Below, one piece after another: positions 1 to 8,823 of a stretch of 52,698 nt of DNA; position 1 is the stretch's first letter, and each line of letters opens with the position of its first letter. The position numbers and the translations under genes are program-made. The stretch spans positions 1-52,698 of the IMG/VR virus record IMGVR_UViG_3300017647_000006. One strand, given 5' to 3'. Under the pieces are notes generated by a model. It worked only from the letters and a program-made list of their open reading frames with translations, was not told the origin of the DNA and did not search any database. This DNA comes from a virus. Its lineage: Duplodnaviria > Caudoviricetes.

Positions 1-617
1 ACGGCGACGACCCAAGGGTTCGCTTCCCATGAGCCGGGGCCGTTGATGCTGTTCCAGAGCCGGTGATAAGCCGCGACGGCAGACAGTTCGCCCTCATCCC
101 AATCCGCATCCGGCAGGCCGAAGAAGCGGCCGAATTGCCCGATGCCCTCTGCGAGCGCGTCGGCCTCGCTGCAATCCTGCAACCGCTCGACGCGGACCTC
201 GGTCACAGTGAGGGTGAGGCGCGACGCCCATCGCGGCATGTGCATGCCGGCGCGGCGGCGACCCACGCGCGATCCGTCGGCTTCGGTCCAATTGAAGGTG
301 GCGTCGTCAGCCTTGTATCGCAGCGGCTCGTCACCGCCCATCTCGGACGGGGCGAGGTCGTCATAGGCTGGCGTCGTGAACCACTCTTCGCGGACATAGA
401 GGCGATCGCCGGGCCGAAAGCGAATACGCTCAAGAAAAAAATCACGCTCCCATTGTCGTGAAGTAGGGACGCCGGCGGATACGTTGCTGCACCAGTCGTC
501 GTATTCGTAGTAAGCGTCCACGGCCTTTTCGGGGATCGCCCGCCGAGTCTGCGTCTTGCGACCGTCGAGCAGCGCGCGCACCATGGCGGCGCTGAATATC
601 ACGCCTTTATCGGCCAT
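1..617 (-). CDS. Conserved phage protein, ASCH/PUA-like (partial, runs off the window start)
   Basis: Not in the ORF track. Read manually from ATG 617: MADKGVIFSAAMVRALLDGRKTQTRR...PGDRLYVRE...HMPRWASRLTLTVTEVRVERLQD, a common phage family signature. Confidence 0.75.
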   Translation of the reverse strand, partial: MADKGVIFSAAMVRALLDGRKTQTRRAIPEKAVDAYYEYDDWCSNVSAGVPTSRQWERDFFLERIRFRPGDRLYVREEWFTTPAYDDLAPSEMGGDEPLRYKADDATFNWTEADGSRVGRRRAGMHMPRWASRLTLTVTEVRVERLQDCSEADALAEGIGQFGRFFGLPDADWDEGELSAVAAYHRLWNSINGPGSWEANPWVVA

Positions 618-1266
618 AATTGTTCCTGCCGTTCTTCACATTGCTGACGGTCGACTGGGAGAGGTTCATGTCAGCCGCGATGGATGATTGAGGCTCGCCA
701 GCGGCCAGGCGCGCAAGAATGTCTGCGACCTCTCGCGGCGTTAGGTGGCGCCGACGTCGACGGTTGGTTGTAGGTTCGTATCGCGCATTATTTCGCAGGC
801 GGTCGCACTCGCGGCAGCGGCGCTTGCCTTCGCGAATAGCGACATTGTCGCCTGCAAGGGGATGGCCGGCCGGGCACTGCGTACGCGCCGCCGCTCTCGC
901 AGTGATCGTCTCGCCTCGGAGTAGATTCTCGCGATGAGTTACGGCTTCGAGATGATCTGGGTTGACGCATGCTCGATTGCGACAGAGGTGGTCGACCTCT
1001 AGGCCGTCTGGCACCGGCCGCCCGATGATCCGCAGGGCTGCTCGATGCGCCATCTCGCCGCTCCCGAAGCGGCCATAGCCCTTCTTGTTTCGAGCGCCTG
1101 TCCACTCCCAGCAGTCATCATCACGAACCGACACCCTAGTCGCGAAGCGCTGGCCCTCTGGTCCATGCGCGCTAAAAATGATGCCACGGTCAGGCGAGAG
1201 GATAGAGCAGCCGTTGATCGCGTTCACGGTCGCGTCTGCCCATTCAATCGGCGTGTTGTCAGCCAT
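607..1266 (-). CDS. HNH homing endonuclease with C-terminal HTH and chimeric N-terminus
   Basis: CWEWTG...GYG...AHR...VDHLCRNRACVNPDHL HNH_3-type motif, CPAGH...CREC zinc knuckle, QSSIAADMNLSQSTVSNV HTH. Starts MADNTPIEWADATVN, which resembles a DUF5131/gp37-68 start. Confidence 0.85.
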   Translation of the reverse strand: MADNTPIEWADATVNAINGCSILSPDRGIIFSAHGPEGQRFATRVSVRDDDCWEWTGARNKKGYGRFGSGEMAHRAALRIIGRPVPDGLEVDHLCRNRACVNPDHLEAVTHRENLLRGETITARAAARTQCPAGHPLAGDNVAIREGKRRCRECDRLRNNARYEPTTNRRRRRHLTPREVADILARLAAGEPQSSIAADMNLSQSTVSNVKNGRNNYGR

Positions 1267-1492
1267 CGGCCTTGTCCTCTTCGTGCAGCCGCGCCCTGAG
1301 GTCGTCGGCAATGATGCGATAGAGCCGTGCGGCCCAACGAGATTTCGAGCGATCGGCGCGGGCGTCGAGCCACGCCGGCAGGTTCAGCAGCGAGGCAATC
1401 GTGCTGGCGAGCGCAGGGCTCGTGCAGTCCGCGACATGGGTGTTGCCGCGCAGGATTTGCTTGCCGGATGCGCGGTAAAACCGGGCCATCAC
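1259..1492 (-). CDS. Hypothetical phage protein
   Basis: ORF tightly coupled to its neighbours in the leftward operon. Confidence 0.55.
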   Translation of the reverse strand: MMARFYRASGKQILRGNTHVADCTSPALASTIASLLNLPAWLDARADRSKSRWAARLYRIIADDLRARLHEEDKADG

Positions 1493-1737
1493 GCCCTCCC
1501 TTCCATCGCCGAAAGCTCGCGATCGACAAGGATGACAGCGTTAGAGGCGAGGTCAGCGGGGCTGGATAGCTCGGGCCATGGCACGCCGCGCGAGGCCCGA
1601 CGCTTGAACTCGGGGTCTACGACGGTCCACCCGCGCACGAGCAGACCTTCCTCGGTCAGGACCAGCTCGATAGTCCGCCGTCCCTGCGATGCTTCACGCG
1701 CGAGGCGGGCGGCGGCGCGGAGGTTGGCGGTGGTCAT
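1489..1737 (-). CDS. Hypothetical phage protein
   Basis: 4-nt stop/start overlaps with both neighbours. Confidence 0.6.
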   Translation of the reverse strand: MTTANLRAAARLAREASQGRRTIELVLTEEGLLVRGWTVVDPEFKRRASRGVPWPELSSPADLASNAVILVDRELSAMEGRA

Positions 1738-2027
1738 TCCGTCACCTCTTGGGCATCGCCGCTTTCGTCGACGACAAACACCGCGTGGCAGCGGGTCGAA
1801 ACGAACGGCATGAACTCGTCATCGCTGGTCAGCGCGCGGGTTCGGGCCTCAATGATATGGAAGCGGTCGCCCGGATTGACGTGACACTCGGCCCATTCAA
1901 TCGCATCTTCGCGCGAGCCGGTTTCGTGCAAATCGTAGAGGCCTTCGTCCGCAATGGATTCGTCCGAGCCGACCCACCAACTCCAATCGCTGACCGGCGC
2001 GCCCTTTGCTTTCTGATCGACCATCAC
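1734..2027 (-). CDS. Hypothetical acidic phage protein
   Basis: Overlap-coupled ORF, 97 aa. Confidence 0.6.
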   Translation of the reverse strand: MMVDQKAKGAPVSDWSWWVGSDESIADEGLYDLHETGSREDAIEWAECHVNPGDRFHIIEARTRALTSDDEFMPFVSTRCHAVFVVDESGDAQEVTE

Positions 2028-2284
2028 GCCGCCTCCTTCACCGCATCGTCAACGAACCGCGCGGCAGGCTCAGCAACCTTCGGCTTGGCCTTCTCGATAG
2101 CGTCCAGCCTTTCCAGCACCGACCGCAGCTTCGGGCTGACCGCGAGCAGCCCGACGTCGAGCTTGGCGCTGTGGTCCTTCATCAGGTTGGCGGCGATGTC
2201 CTTGAGCGCCTCTCGCAGCGCCTCTTCTTCGGTCGGGAACAGCTTGCCGTCGTGCTTAAATGCCGTGACTTTGGTTACGCACAT
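2024..2284 (-). CDS. Hypothetical phage protein
   Basis: Overlap-coupled ORF ending KEAA, a junction type that recurs in this genome. Confidence 0.6.
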   Translation of the reverse strand: MCVTKVTAFKHDGKLFPTEEEALREALKDIAANLMKDHSAKLDVGLLAVSPKLRSVLERLDAIEKAKPKVAEPAARFVDDAVKEAA

Positions 2285-2532
2285 GGCGCCTTCTCCTTTT
2301 CGCCCAGCACGCGCTCGACCACCGCAATCGCGGCGCCGACAGTCTGGGCTTCCTCGATGTCGCCGTCAGGGATCGCGATGGAGAACTCGTCTTCGAGCTC
2401 CATCGCCAGTTCGATGCCGTCCAGGCTGTCCGCCTTCATGCTCACGAACGTCCGATCATCGGGCAATTCGTCGATCGGCTGGCATAGCTGGCGGGCGATG
2501 ACCTGGCGGACCCGGGTGGCGGTGTCGGTCAT
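2275..2532 (-). CDS. acpP: Acyl carrier protein (phosphopantetheine-binding domain)
   Basis: 85 aa and acidic. ADSLDGIELAMELEDEFSIAIPD...QTVGAAI matches the ACP consensus DSLD.VEL.M.LEEEF.I.IPD, with the Ppant serine intact. Confidence 0.88.
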   Translation of the reverse strand: MTDTATRVRQVIARQLCQPIDELPDDRTFVSMKADSLDGIELAMELEDEFSIAIPDGDIEEAQTVGAAIAVVERVLGEKEKAPCA

Positions 2533-2897
2533 TTGCGACCCTTCGTCGCCGGACGATCGCCAGAGATCTTCGCGCTGGTCGACTTGCCGACCTTCGCAGG
2601 GATGGCCGTGCGGGGCTTGCCAGTCGCCTTCCCAACCTTGGGCGCCGCCTTGGCCTTTGCCGCCTTCTGCTCGCGGTCGCGCTTACGCTTGTTGCGCAGG
2701 AACTCGGCGTCGGGGCGCAGGGCCGCGACCTCGGCTCTCAGCTTCTCGATCAGATCATTCGCCCCAGCGACCGCCGCGTTGGCGATTTCAAGGTCGCGCT
2801 TGCAGGTCGAAAGGTCCGTCCGGGCTTCATCGCGATCGCGAACCACCTTCGCGTGCTCTTCGGCCGTCACCAGACCGACCATTTTCAATATTCCCAT
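2529..2897 (-). CDS. Hypothetical coiled-coil protein with basic tail
   Basis: Heptad pattern followed by a K/A-rich C-terminus. In operon. Confidence 0.6.
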   Translation of the reverse strand: MGILKMVGLVTAEEHAKVVRDRDEARTDLSTCKRDLEIANAAVAGANDLIEKLRAEVAALRPDAEFLRNKRKRDREQKAAKAKAAPKVGKATGKPRTAIPAKVGKSTSAKISGDRPATKGRK

Positions 2898-2921
2898 TGC
2901 TCTTCTCCTTGGAAATGCCGG

Positions 2922-4013
2922 TTATCCGCCGGCGAGCGGGTTGAGCCGCGCAGTTGCTTCCTGCTCGGCGTCGTTGACCTCAGCGATCGCCTCGTCCGGC
3001 ATCGCCTTGCGGTGCTTGTCGAAAAGATTGATCGCGGCCTTGAGGTCGATGACGGTGGTCGCCGCCTTCACCGCGGCAATGTGAGCATCGACCACTGCGC
3101 GCCACGGCGGCGTATTGTCGGCCTCGTCCGCAGCGGGCTTTGCGTCACCCTTGCCGCTGTCCGCCTTTGCCGGCGGTGCCGCCTTCTTCTGCGCGTCGGC
3201 AATCTTGCGCAGATCCTCGGTCACGTCGTCGGTTCCCGGCTTGGGGAACGCTTCTTCGGCCGTCGTTTCGCCGTTCCTGATAGACTGGTAAACGATTTGA
3301 AGGTTGGCGAGCTCGACCGGGGTCCAATTGGCGCTCGGCCCGTAGCGGTCTTCGAGACGGTCGAGGCTGATGCCGATCCGAGAATAGTGCTCGATCGCGC
3401 CCGCGATGCGCGTCGGCAGCGGCTGGTCGCCCTCGCCCTTCTCAAGCACTTCCCGGCAGCGCGATTCCGCCGCCACCTTGAGATAGGGCGGCAGGACGCG
3501 GAAGATGCACTCGCGCAGGCGGCGGGCGCCGTTGTTTGCGTTGTTCTCGTAAATGTCGCGGTTATCGGTGAGCGCCTTCTTGCCGTGCCGCGTGTCGCGC
3601 GTGTGCGGGACAATGAAGGTCTGCCGGGACTTCGTGTTGGTCTCCAAGTCCCATGCAAAGGCGAGCATTTCGGTATGGCCGGCGACGTCGTCGCGGGCCA
3701 GTTCCATGATGCCATAGTCAATGTTGCCCCAGCACCGCGCCAACTCGGTCGCCAACTGGATCGTCGGGCCGGTCACAATCTCGCCGCCGCGCTTGAAACT
3801 GAAGAATGAGCGCGAGGCGACGGCCATCTGGCTGCAACTGGCCAGCGCGTGCGCCATCGCCCGCCCCTCGTCGCGCGGTGCGCGTTGAGCGACGAGCACC
3901 ATTGCTTGAACCTCGGCGATCGCTCGCGACTGCTCGATGTTCGTCGCCTGGCTGGCGCCGGGGATGCGGTTGGCCTGCTGACGGATCTGCTCGGGGGTAA
4001 CGATATCGTTCAC
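2922..4013 (-). CDS. Putative single-strand annealing/recombination protein
   Basis: 363 aa immediately downstream of a RecE-like nuclease, with a conserved-looking N-terminal core (GPTIQLATELARCWGNIDYG) and a low-complexity C-terminal linker. Function inferred from position. Confidence 0.55.
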   Translation of the reverse strand: MNDIVTPEQIRQQANRIPGASQATNIEQSRAIAEVQAMVLVAQRAPRDEGRAMAHALASCSQMAVASRSFFSFKRGGEIVTGPTIQLATELARCWGNIDYGIMELARDDVAGHTEMLAFAWDLETNTKSRQTFIVPHTRDTRHGKKALTDNRDIYENNANNGARRLRECIFRVLPPYLKVAAESRCREVLEKGEGDQPLPTRIAGAIEHYSRIGISLDRLEDRYGPSANWTPVELANLQIVYQSIRNGETTAEEAFPKPGTDDVTEDLRKIADAQKKAAPPAKADSGKGDAKPAADEADNTPPWRAVVDAHIAAVKAATTVIDLKAAINLFDKHRKAMPDEAIAEVNDAEQEATARLNPLAGG

Positions 4014-5024
4014 TTATTGCTCCCATGAAAGCTCGCCAGAATCGACGCGCTGGTTGATTTCGGCGTGCTTCCAGCGCGCCATGTGAAGGTGGAGGATCGG
4101 GTTTTCGGGCCGCGAATAGGCAGGCCAGAACCCCGATTTCAGGCACTCGGCAAAGGTGTTGAGCGCGCGCCTGTTGAGCATGCGGCCCATCTGGATCGCC
4201 TCGTCGTCGAGCTGGTAAATCTGGACGAGATGCGGCGGCTCTTTCTCGACCGCGATCAGCACGAAACGCCGTTTCCGGTCGGGCTCGCCAAAGACCAGGT
4301 CGACGCAATCGATGTAATGCGCCGCGGACTGAAAATAGCCGAGATTGGTCGCCTGCTTCTCGAGGGCGATCGGATGCGCCGATATCGTCGTCTTGATGTC
4401 GGGAACGATATCCATCGTCTCGGGCAGCACGTCGGGCCGCGCCCGCATGAAAACGCCGGTGATGGGATCCTTCGCGATGACGGTCATTTCGGGCGTGCCA
4501 CTGATGAGCAAAGCCTTGGCGAGCTCGTCCTTCTCGACCTGGGCCGCCATCGCCTCGATCATTCGATATTGCGGGAATGTGAGGACCGGGATGCCGTCGG
4601 CTTCGGCCTCGGCCTTCTCGTCCTTTGCGTAGGCCCATTTTTTCAGTCGCCCGTCGTAGCCGTCGGGGAGGATGAAATAGTTCTTAGGGAACAGGCCCTG
4701 CAGCAGAAGCAGGTCATGGACGCCCTTGCCGATGTTGAAATGCGACTTCTGCTCGCGCTGCGGCCTGTTGGGGTTGAGCGGCGACTGATACCAGTAGTGG
4801 AAGGGCGTCTGCCCCTCGATCGTCTTCAATCCGGTCGAGCTTATCGAGGGCGAGGCGCATATTTCGACCGCGTGATAACGCTCGCCGTCAATATCGGGGT
4901 AGGCGCCAGGCTCAGCGATCAAAGGCTGGTCATCGTCAACCTTCGGCTGCGGCTTGGCGCGCTCGTACGTCGGTTCCTCGCTGGGGGGCGGGCCGGAATA
5001 GTCCTTGGCGAATGGGTTATCCAT
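4014..5024 (-). CDS. PD-(D/E)XK exonuclease (RecE/ExoVIII-like, DUF3799 type)
   Basis: ISSTGLK, G..VHDLLL, RARPD, PDIKTT, GYFQSAAHY and FVLIAVEKEPP motifs. Confidence 0.85.
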   Translation of the reverse strand: MDNPFAKDYSGPPPSEEPTYERAKPQPKVDDDQPLIAEPGAYPDIDGERYHAVEICASPSISSTGLKTIEGQTPFHYWYQSPLNPNRPQREQKSHFNIGKGVHDLLLLQGLFPKNYFILPDGYDGRLKKWAYAKDEKAEAEADGIPVLTFPQYRMIEAMAAQVEKDELAKALLISGTPEMTVIAKDPITGVFMRARPDVLPETMDIVPDIKTTISAHPIALEKQATNLGYFQSAAHYIDCVDLVFGEPDRKRRFVLIAVEKEPPHLVQIYQLDDEAIQMGRMLNRRALNTFAECLKSGFWPAYSRPENPILHLHMARWKHAEINQRVDSGELSWEQ

Positions 5025-5034
5025 CGTCAGACCC

Positions 5035-5394
5035 TCAGAACGGCTTATAGTCGTCGTCGTCATCGTCGACGGCCGGCGAAGGTGCAGGAGTTTCGGGCTC
5101 GGCGTCGGGCTGGGGCAGCAGCGCGGCGGGCACTGTGACCCGGACTGAAGGAGGCAGTTGCCAGTCCTGCGTCGGCGCACGCGATGCAGCGATTTCAGCG
5201 CTGCACGGCGTGAACTGATAGATCGACGCGCCGCCGATCATGACGGGGTCCAAGAGGGTCGAGCGAAAAATAGGCTCGATCTGCAACATCTTGGTGCCGA
5301 AGCGTTCCATCTCTTCGACGCGCCCGATCATCGTGCGGTGGCCCATGACTTCGACGATTGCGTATTCGCCCGCGGGGAGTTGCGCTTCCGACAT
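5035..5394 (-). CDS. Conserved hypothetical phage protein
   Basis: AIVEVMGHRTMIGRVEE..RFGTKMLQI motif and acidic tail. Start taken at ATG 5394. Confidence 0.65.
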   Translation of the reverse strand: MSEAQLPAGEYAIVEVMGHRTMIGRVEEMERFGTKMLQIEPIFRSTLLDPVMIGGASIYQFTPCSAEIAASRAPTQDWQLPPSVRVTVPAALLPQPDAEPETPAPSPAVDDDDDDYKPF

Positions 5395-5396
5395 GG

Positions 5397-6539
5397 TCAG
5401 AACTCCATCCGCACGGCGGGAATCTCGCCGGCTATGATCGCCAAGACGATCTTCTGAGCGGTTTCCTCGTCCGCTCCGCACGTCATGATCGCCTTCTTGG
5501 CGGCCGTCTTGATGCGGGTGCGGTGGGCCTGGTCGGCTTCTCGGCGGGCTTTCTCGGCTGCCTCTTGCTCCGCAGCTTCTTTGCGCGCCTTTTCTTCGGC
5601 AGCGACGCGATCGCGTTCGGCCTGCGCCGCGCGCTCCGCTTCCTCAGCGCGGGCGCGTTCGGCCGCGATGGCTTCTTCATGCTCCCGCTGGATGCGCTGG
5701 CGCTCGGCTTCCGCCGCCTCTTCGGCTTCCCGGCGAGCGCGCTCTTCAGCCTCCTTCTTGGCAGCGGCGATGCGCTCACGCTCGGCTTCTTCGGCCGCCT
5801 TGCGCCGTTCCGCCTCGATGCGCTCCTGCTCGGCCCGGCGCGCGGCTTCTTCCTCGGCCTCGCGCTTCTGGCGCTCCGCTTCCTCGCGCTCGGCCGCTTC
5901 CTTCTGCAAGCGTTCCAGCTCGCGGCGGTCTTCCTCGGCCTTCTCCGCGGCTTTGAGCGCTGCGAACAGGTGCGCGACCGTTTCGGACTTCGCCTTCTCG
6001 GCCTCTTCCGTGCGGTCGCGGAAAAGATCGGGATCGATCGCGATGTTATGGACGATCGTGCCGCGCTCGCGGATGCTGTCGGACGTTTCGCCCATCTCGA
6101 CGTAGCGCGCGGAATTGAACAGTTTCAGGATGCGCTCGACTTCGGCCTCGCGCGCTTTCTCGGCCTCTTCCCATTCGGTGAGCGGCTTGCGGACCTCGAC
6201 AGCGAGGGCGTCCAGTTGCTCGCGGATCTCGGAGCCGGCGGCGTTGGCCTGCTTGACCATGTCGCGCCATTCCTCGGTCATTTTGAGGCGCGCCTTGTCG
6301 ATCTTGGACTTCTCCGAGCGGATCTTTGCGGCATAGGACCGCAGCGCCTCACGCCCCTTGTGCGTGTTGACGTCGACGTCGCGCGGGGCGTCCGCCGCCA
6401 GCCTCTCGTACCAAGCGTTGTATTTCTCGCGATCGAGCAGGACGATGCCGGGCTGCTTTTCGACCGTGGCGGCAAGAGCGGTCATATCTTCGATCGGGAC
6501 GAGCTCGGTCGACGGCTCGAGTACTTCGGCTTCAGACAT
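5397..6539 (-). CDS. Long E/A/R-rich coiled-coil phage protein (TolA-like annotation class)
   Basis: 380 aa, DVNTHKGREALRSYA motif, long charged helical region, C-terminal AIIAGEIPAVRMEF. Confidence 0.75.
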   Translation of the reverse strand: MSEAEVLEPSTELVPIEDMTALAATVEKQPGIVLLDREKYNAWYERLAADAPRDVDVNTHKGREALRSYAAKIRSEKSKIDKARLKMTEEWRDMVKQANAAGSEIREQLDALAVEVRKPLTEWEEAEKAREAEVERILKLFNSARYVEMGETSDSIRERGTIVHNIAIDPDLFRDRTEEAEKAKSETVAHLFAALKAAEKAEEDRRELERLQKEAAEREEAERQKREAEEEAARRAEQERIEAERRKAAEEAERERIAAAKKEAEERARREAEEAAEAERQRIQREHEEAIAAERARAEEAERAAQAERDRVAAEEKARKEAAEQEAAEKARREADQAHRTRIKTAAKKAIMTCGADEETAQKIVLAIIAGEIPAVRMEF

Positions 6540-6675
6540 TCAGGATCTCCGTGAGGCGGGCGAGGATTTCGGCGGGCATGGGCATGCCGGCGCGCACCCA
6601 AAAAGGATGCGCGCCGACCAGGGCGACGGCTGCGACCCAGAGCGCCCTGATGTGAAAGGGAGTGCGGGAAAGGTC

Positions 6676-6798
6676 GGCCGGGGGCAGGATTCGAACCTGC
6701 GACACGTCGCGCGCAACGTCCGTGATACAATCGGGGGCGACCCGATCGCAGCGCACGGCTCCCTGATGAGGGCGCGCTACCTCTGCGCTACCCCGGCC
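6676..6798 (-). ncRNA. tRNA-like RNA with non-canonical anticodon/variable region
   Basis: Minus strand: GGCCGGGG/CCCCGGCC acceptor helix, TA, D arm GCGC-AGAGGTA-GCGC, T arm GCAGG-TTCGAAT-CCTGC. Three hairpins lie between the D and T arms instead of a standard anticodon arm. No encoded CCA. Confidence 0.75.
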
Positions 6799-6815
6799 AT
6801 GATTTGACGTCGCCG

Positions 6816-7544
6816 TCACCGCGCATCTCCTTCGTGGGCGAGGGCGCGTCGAAGGATCCTCACCGCGTCGTCGCACTTTTCGTTTTGACGGTGCAGGTTC
6901 CGTTCAAGGATCGTGAGTGCGCGCTGCATTTCGCTGCGCAGCCGCTCGGTTTCATCAACCTCCTGTGCGGGGGTGGCGGAGAGGGCGCGGCGAAGGATAT
7001 TCGCGACGTGTTTTAACGCGTTGTCGGCAGAAAATGCGGCGTCACCGGAAACCTCGCTTTCCCACCAGACGGTTTTCCACGATCCCCAAGGTTCGAAAAA
7101 CTTGTCGATGAAGGCAAGTGCCTCGCGCGTCTCATCCCCCGCACTAGCCGGGTGGCTCGATGCGGCGAGGGCTGCGAAATGTGCCGCTGCCGCTTCGTTG
7201 ATCGCGGCATTCAGGAAAACCAGCGCGTCGCGGGTCGGTGTCCCGGCTGGATCGGCGCTATAGGGCGCGAGAAGCGCAGCCGCCGCGCGGACAGCCTCCT
7301 TGCGCTCGCCTTCGGCCATAACGGCAGTCGGGACATTCAGGGTCGCCGCGCTGCTTGCCGTGCTGCTGGAACGGGCTAAGACAAGCTGTTCGGCGAGCGC
7401 GCAGCGAAGTCGATCTACGGCCTGCGCCCATTCGCGATGGGTGCGACCATTCGGCCCTGCGATCCGGTCTACCTCATCCCAGATTTCGCTGGGGATTGCT
7501 TCAATCGCCTGCGTCACCTGCACAGGCCCAGCAGTGTCGGTCAT
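6816..7544 (-). CDS. Hypothetical phage protein
   Basis: 242 aa ORF coupled to the upstream ORF, mosaic low-complexity style. Confidence 0.6.
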   Translation of the reverse strand: MTDTAGPVQVTQAIEAIPSEIWDEVDRIAGPNGRTHREWAQAVDRLRCALAEQLVLARSSSTASSAATLNVPTAVMAEGERKEAVRAAAALLAPYSADPAGTPTRDALVFLNAAINEAAAAHFAALAASSHPASAGDETREALAFIDKFFEPWGSWKTVWWESEVSGDAAFSADNALKHVANILRRALSATPAQEVDETERLRSEMQRALTILERNLHRQNEKCDDAVRILRRALAHEGDAR

Positions 7545-7891
7545 TTGCCTGCCGCCTTGTTAAGCGCGGCATCTGCGAGCTGGGCGGCGTCCGCCTCGAT
7601 CTCCGTGGCCATGTTGATCATGGCTTTGCCAGTCGCGCGCAGGATCTCTGGAGTTAGCGAGACCACAAGGCCGAACGGCGCGCGAGGGAGCGACATCAGG
7701 ACGCAGCCAACGTCGCGGCTGAGGGTGCCGTCCAGCTTACGCGCGCTATGCCGGGTGACGAAGAAGGCGCCGCAGGGCATGAAGATTTGGCCCTGATATT
7801 CAACCGGCTGCTGAGCCGCGTTGACATCGAAGTTTTCGGGATCCCTTGCGTCGATGATCGTCGCGTCTGGATGAGTGCTATACCGGCTCAT
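7541..7891 (-). CDS. Hypothetical phage protein
   Basis: 4-nt overlaps with both neighbours. Confidence 0.65.
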   Translation of the reverse strand: MSRYSTHPDATIIDARDPENFDVNAAQQPVEYQGQIFMPCGAFFVTRHSARKLDGTLSRDVGCVLMSLPRAPFGLVVSLTPEILRATGKAMINMATEIEADAAQLADAALNKAAGK

Positions 7892-8181
7892 GCTGCCGCC
7901 CTTTCGCTGGCAACCGCAGCCTCATAGGCGCGACGAAACCGGCGATGAGCGTCCGCCCGCGCCTCTTCGCGCGTCCGACCGGCGAGCGTCGCGAGATGGA
8001 TTTGTCGATCTCTTATCGAGCAGCCCGCCGACAGGGCGTGAGCGGCTTCGTCGATCGCCCTCAGTTCATCATCGAGGTTCCAGATCGCGAGTTGTGCCGG
8101 GCTGGCCAGCACGCGGTTGGCGAGAGCGTCAAGCCGCTCTTCGCGTTCGTGGTGGCTGCGGTCTTGGGGGTAAAAGGACAT
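7888..8181 (-). CDS. First gene of the leftward early operon, hypothetical
   Basis: GGAG RBS upstream, directly downstream of the predicted PL. Confidence 0.6.
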   Translation of the reverse strand: MSFYPQDRSHHEREERLDALANRVLASPAQLAIWNLDDELRAIDEAAHALSAGCSIRDRQIHLATLAGRTREEARADAHRRFRRAYEAAVASERAAA

Positions 8182-8207
8182 ATCGGCTCCGTCGTGGTGA
8201 CGGGGCT

Positions 8208-8249
8208 TTGTTACAAACCGATTGTATATCTGTCAACAACTAGTTTGTA
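8208..8249 (-). promoter_or_regulatory. PL-like promoter with two repressor operators
   Basis: Minus-strand TTGACA (8236-8231), 17 nt, TAACAA (8213-8208). Overlapped by TACAA-N5-TTGTA (8212-8226) and AACAA-N5-TTGTA (8235-8249). Confidence 0.7.
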
Positions 8250-8358
8250 GACGACTACAACCATGCTACACCCTCCCCACGGCATGGGCCGGGAAGGAGA
8301 ATTTTATGGGTATGATGCCGGAGATTATATTGCTGGCCGTCGCCGTGCTGATGTTGGC

Positions 8359-8823
8359 TCAGGCGATCGCGTCAATGCGGGCGGCGCAGCGCCTTTTGAT
8401 CTTGGGATCGCTTTTGAGAGATATGGTGAAGAACACATCGAAAGATGAAGCGGGCAATTCTGCCAATATCAGTGGCGACGACGGCGACCGGATCGACCGA
8501 CCCTGAGGCTCGGCCCCAATTTGGATTTCCTCGCCATATTCGTCTTGCTCGATGATCGGTCGGCAGAACTGATTTTTGCTCCACCATTTGAGCGCTGCCT
8601 TTTCGACCTTCCAGTTGTCTTTGTTCGGCCCATCGATGCAAAACTGGATGCGCCGGCGTCTCTGCGGCCCTTCGATTTTCGCAACAATGTGGGGCGCGTT
8701 TCCTTGCGCGGTCCGGTGGCTAATCCGCAAATTCAGCCACACTGCCATCAGGGTCAACGTGCCGATCACGGCAGTCCAGAGCGCGAGCGGGTCTCGAATG
8801 ATCTCCGCGACGGCCTCTTTCAC
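8359..8823 (-). CDS. Hypothetical membrane-anchored protein
   Basis: N-terminal hydrophobic helix (LALWTAVIGTLTLMAVWL), 154 aa. Confidence 0.55.
   Translation of the reverse strand: MKEAVAEIIRDPLALWTAVIGTLTLMAVWLNLRISHRTAQGNAPHIVAKIEGPQRRRRIQFCIDGPNKDNWKVEKAALKWWSKNQFCRPIIEQDEYGEEIQIGAEPQGRSIRSPSSPLILAELPASSFDVFFTISLKSDPKIKRRCAARIDAIA

Noticed and set aside
6676-6798. tRNA-Met (CAT) or tRNA-Sec call
   Set aside because: CAT sits in a 4-nt loop on a 4-bp stem, and no UCA anticodon loop of Sec geometry is present.
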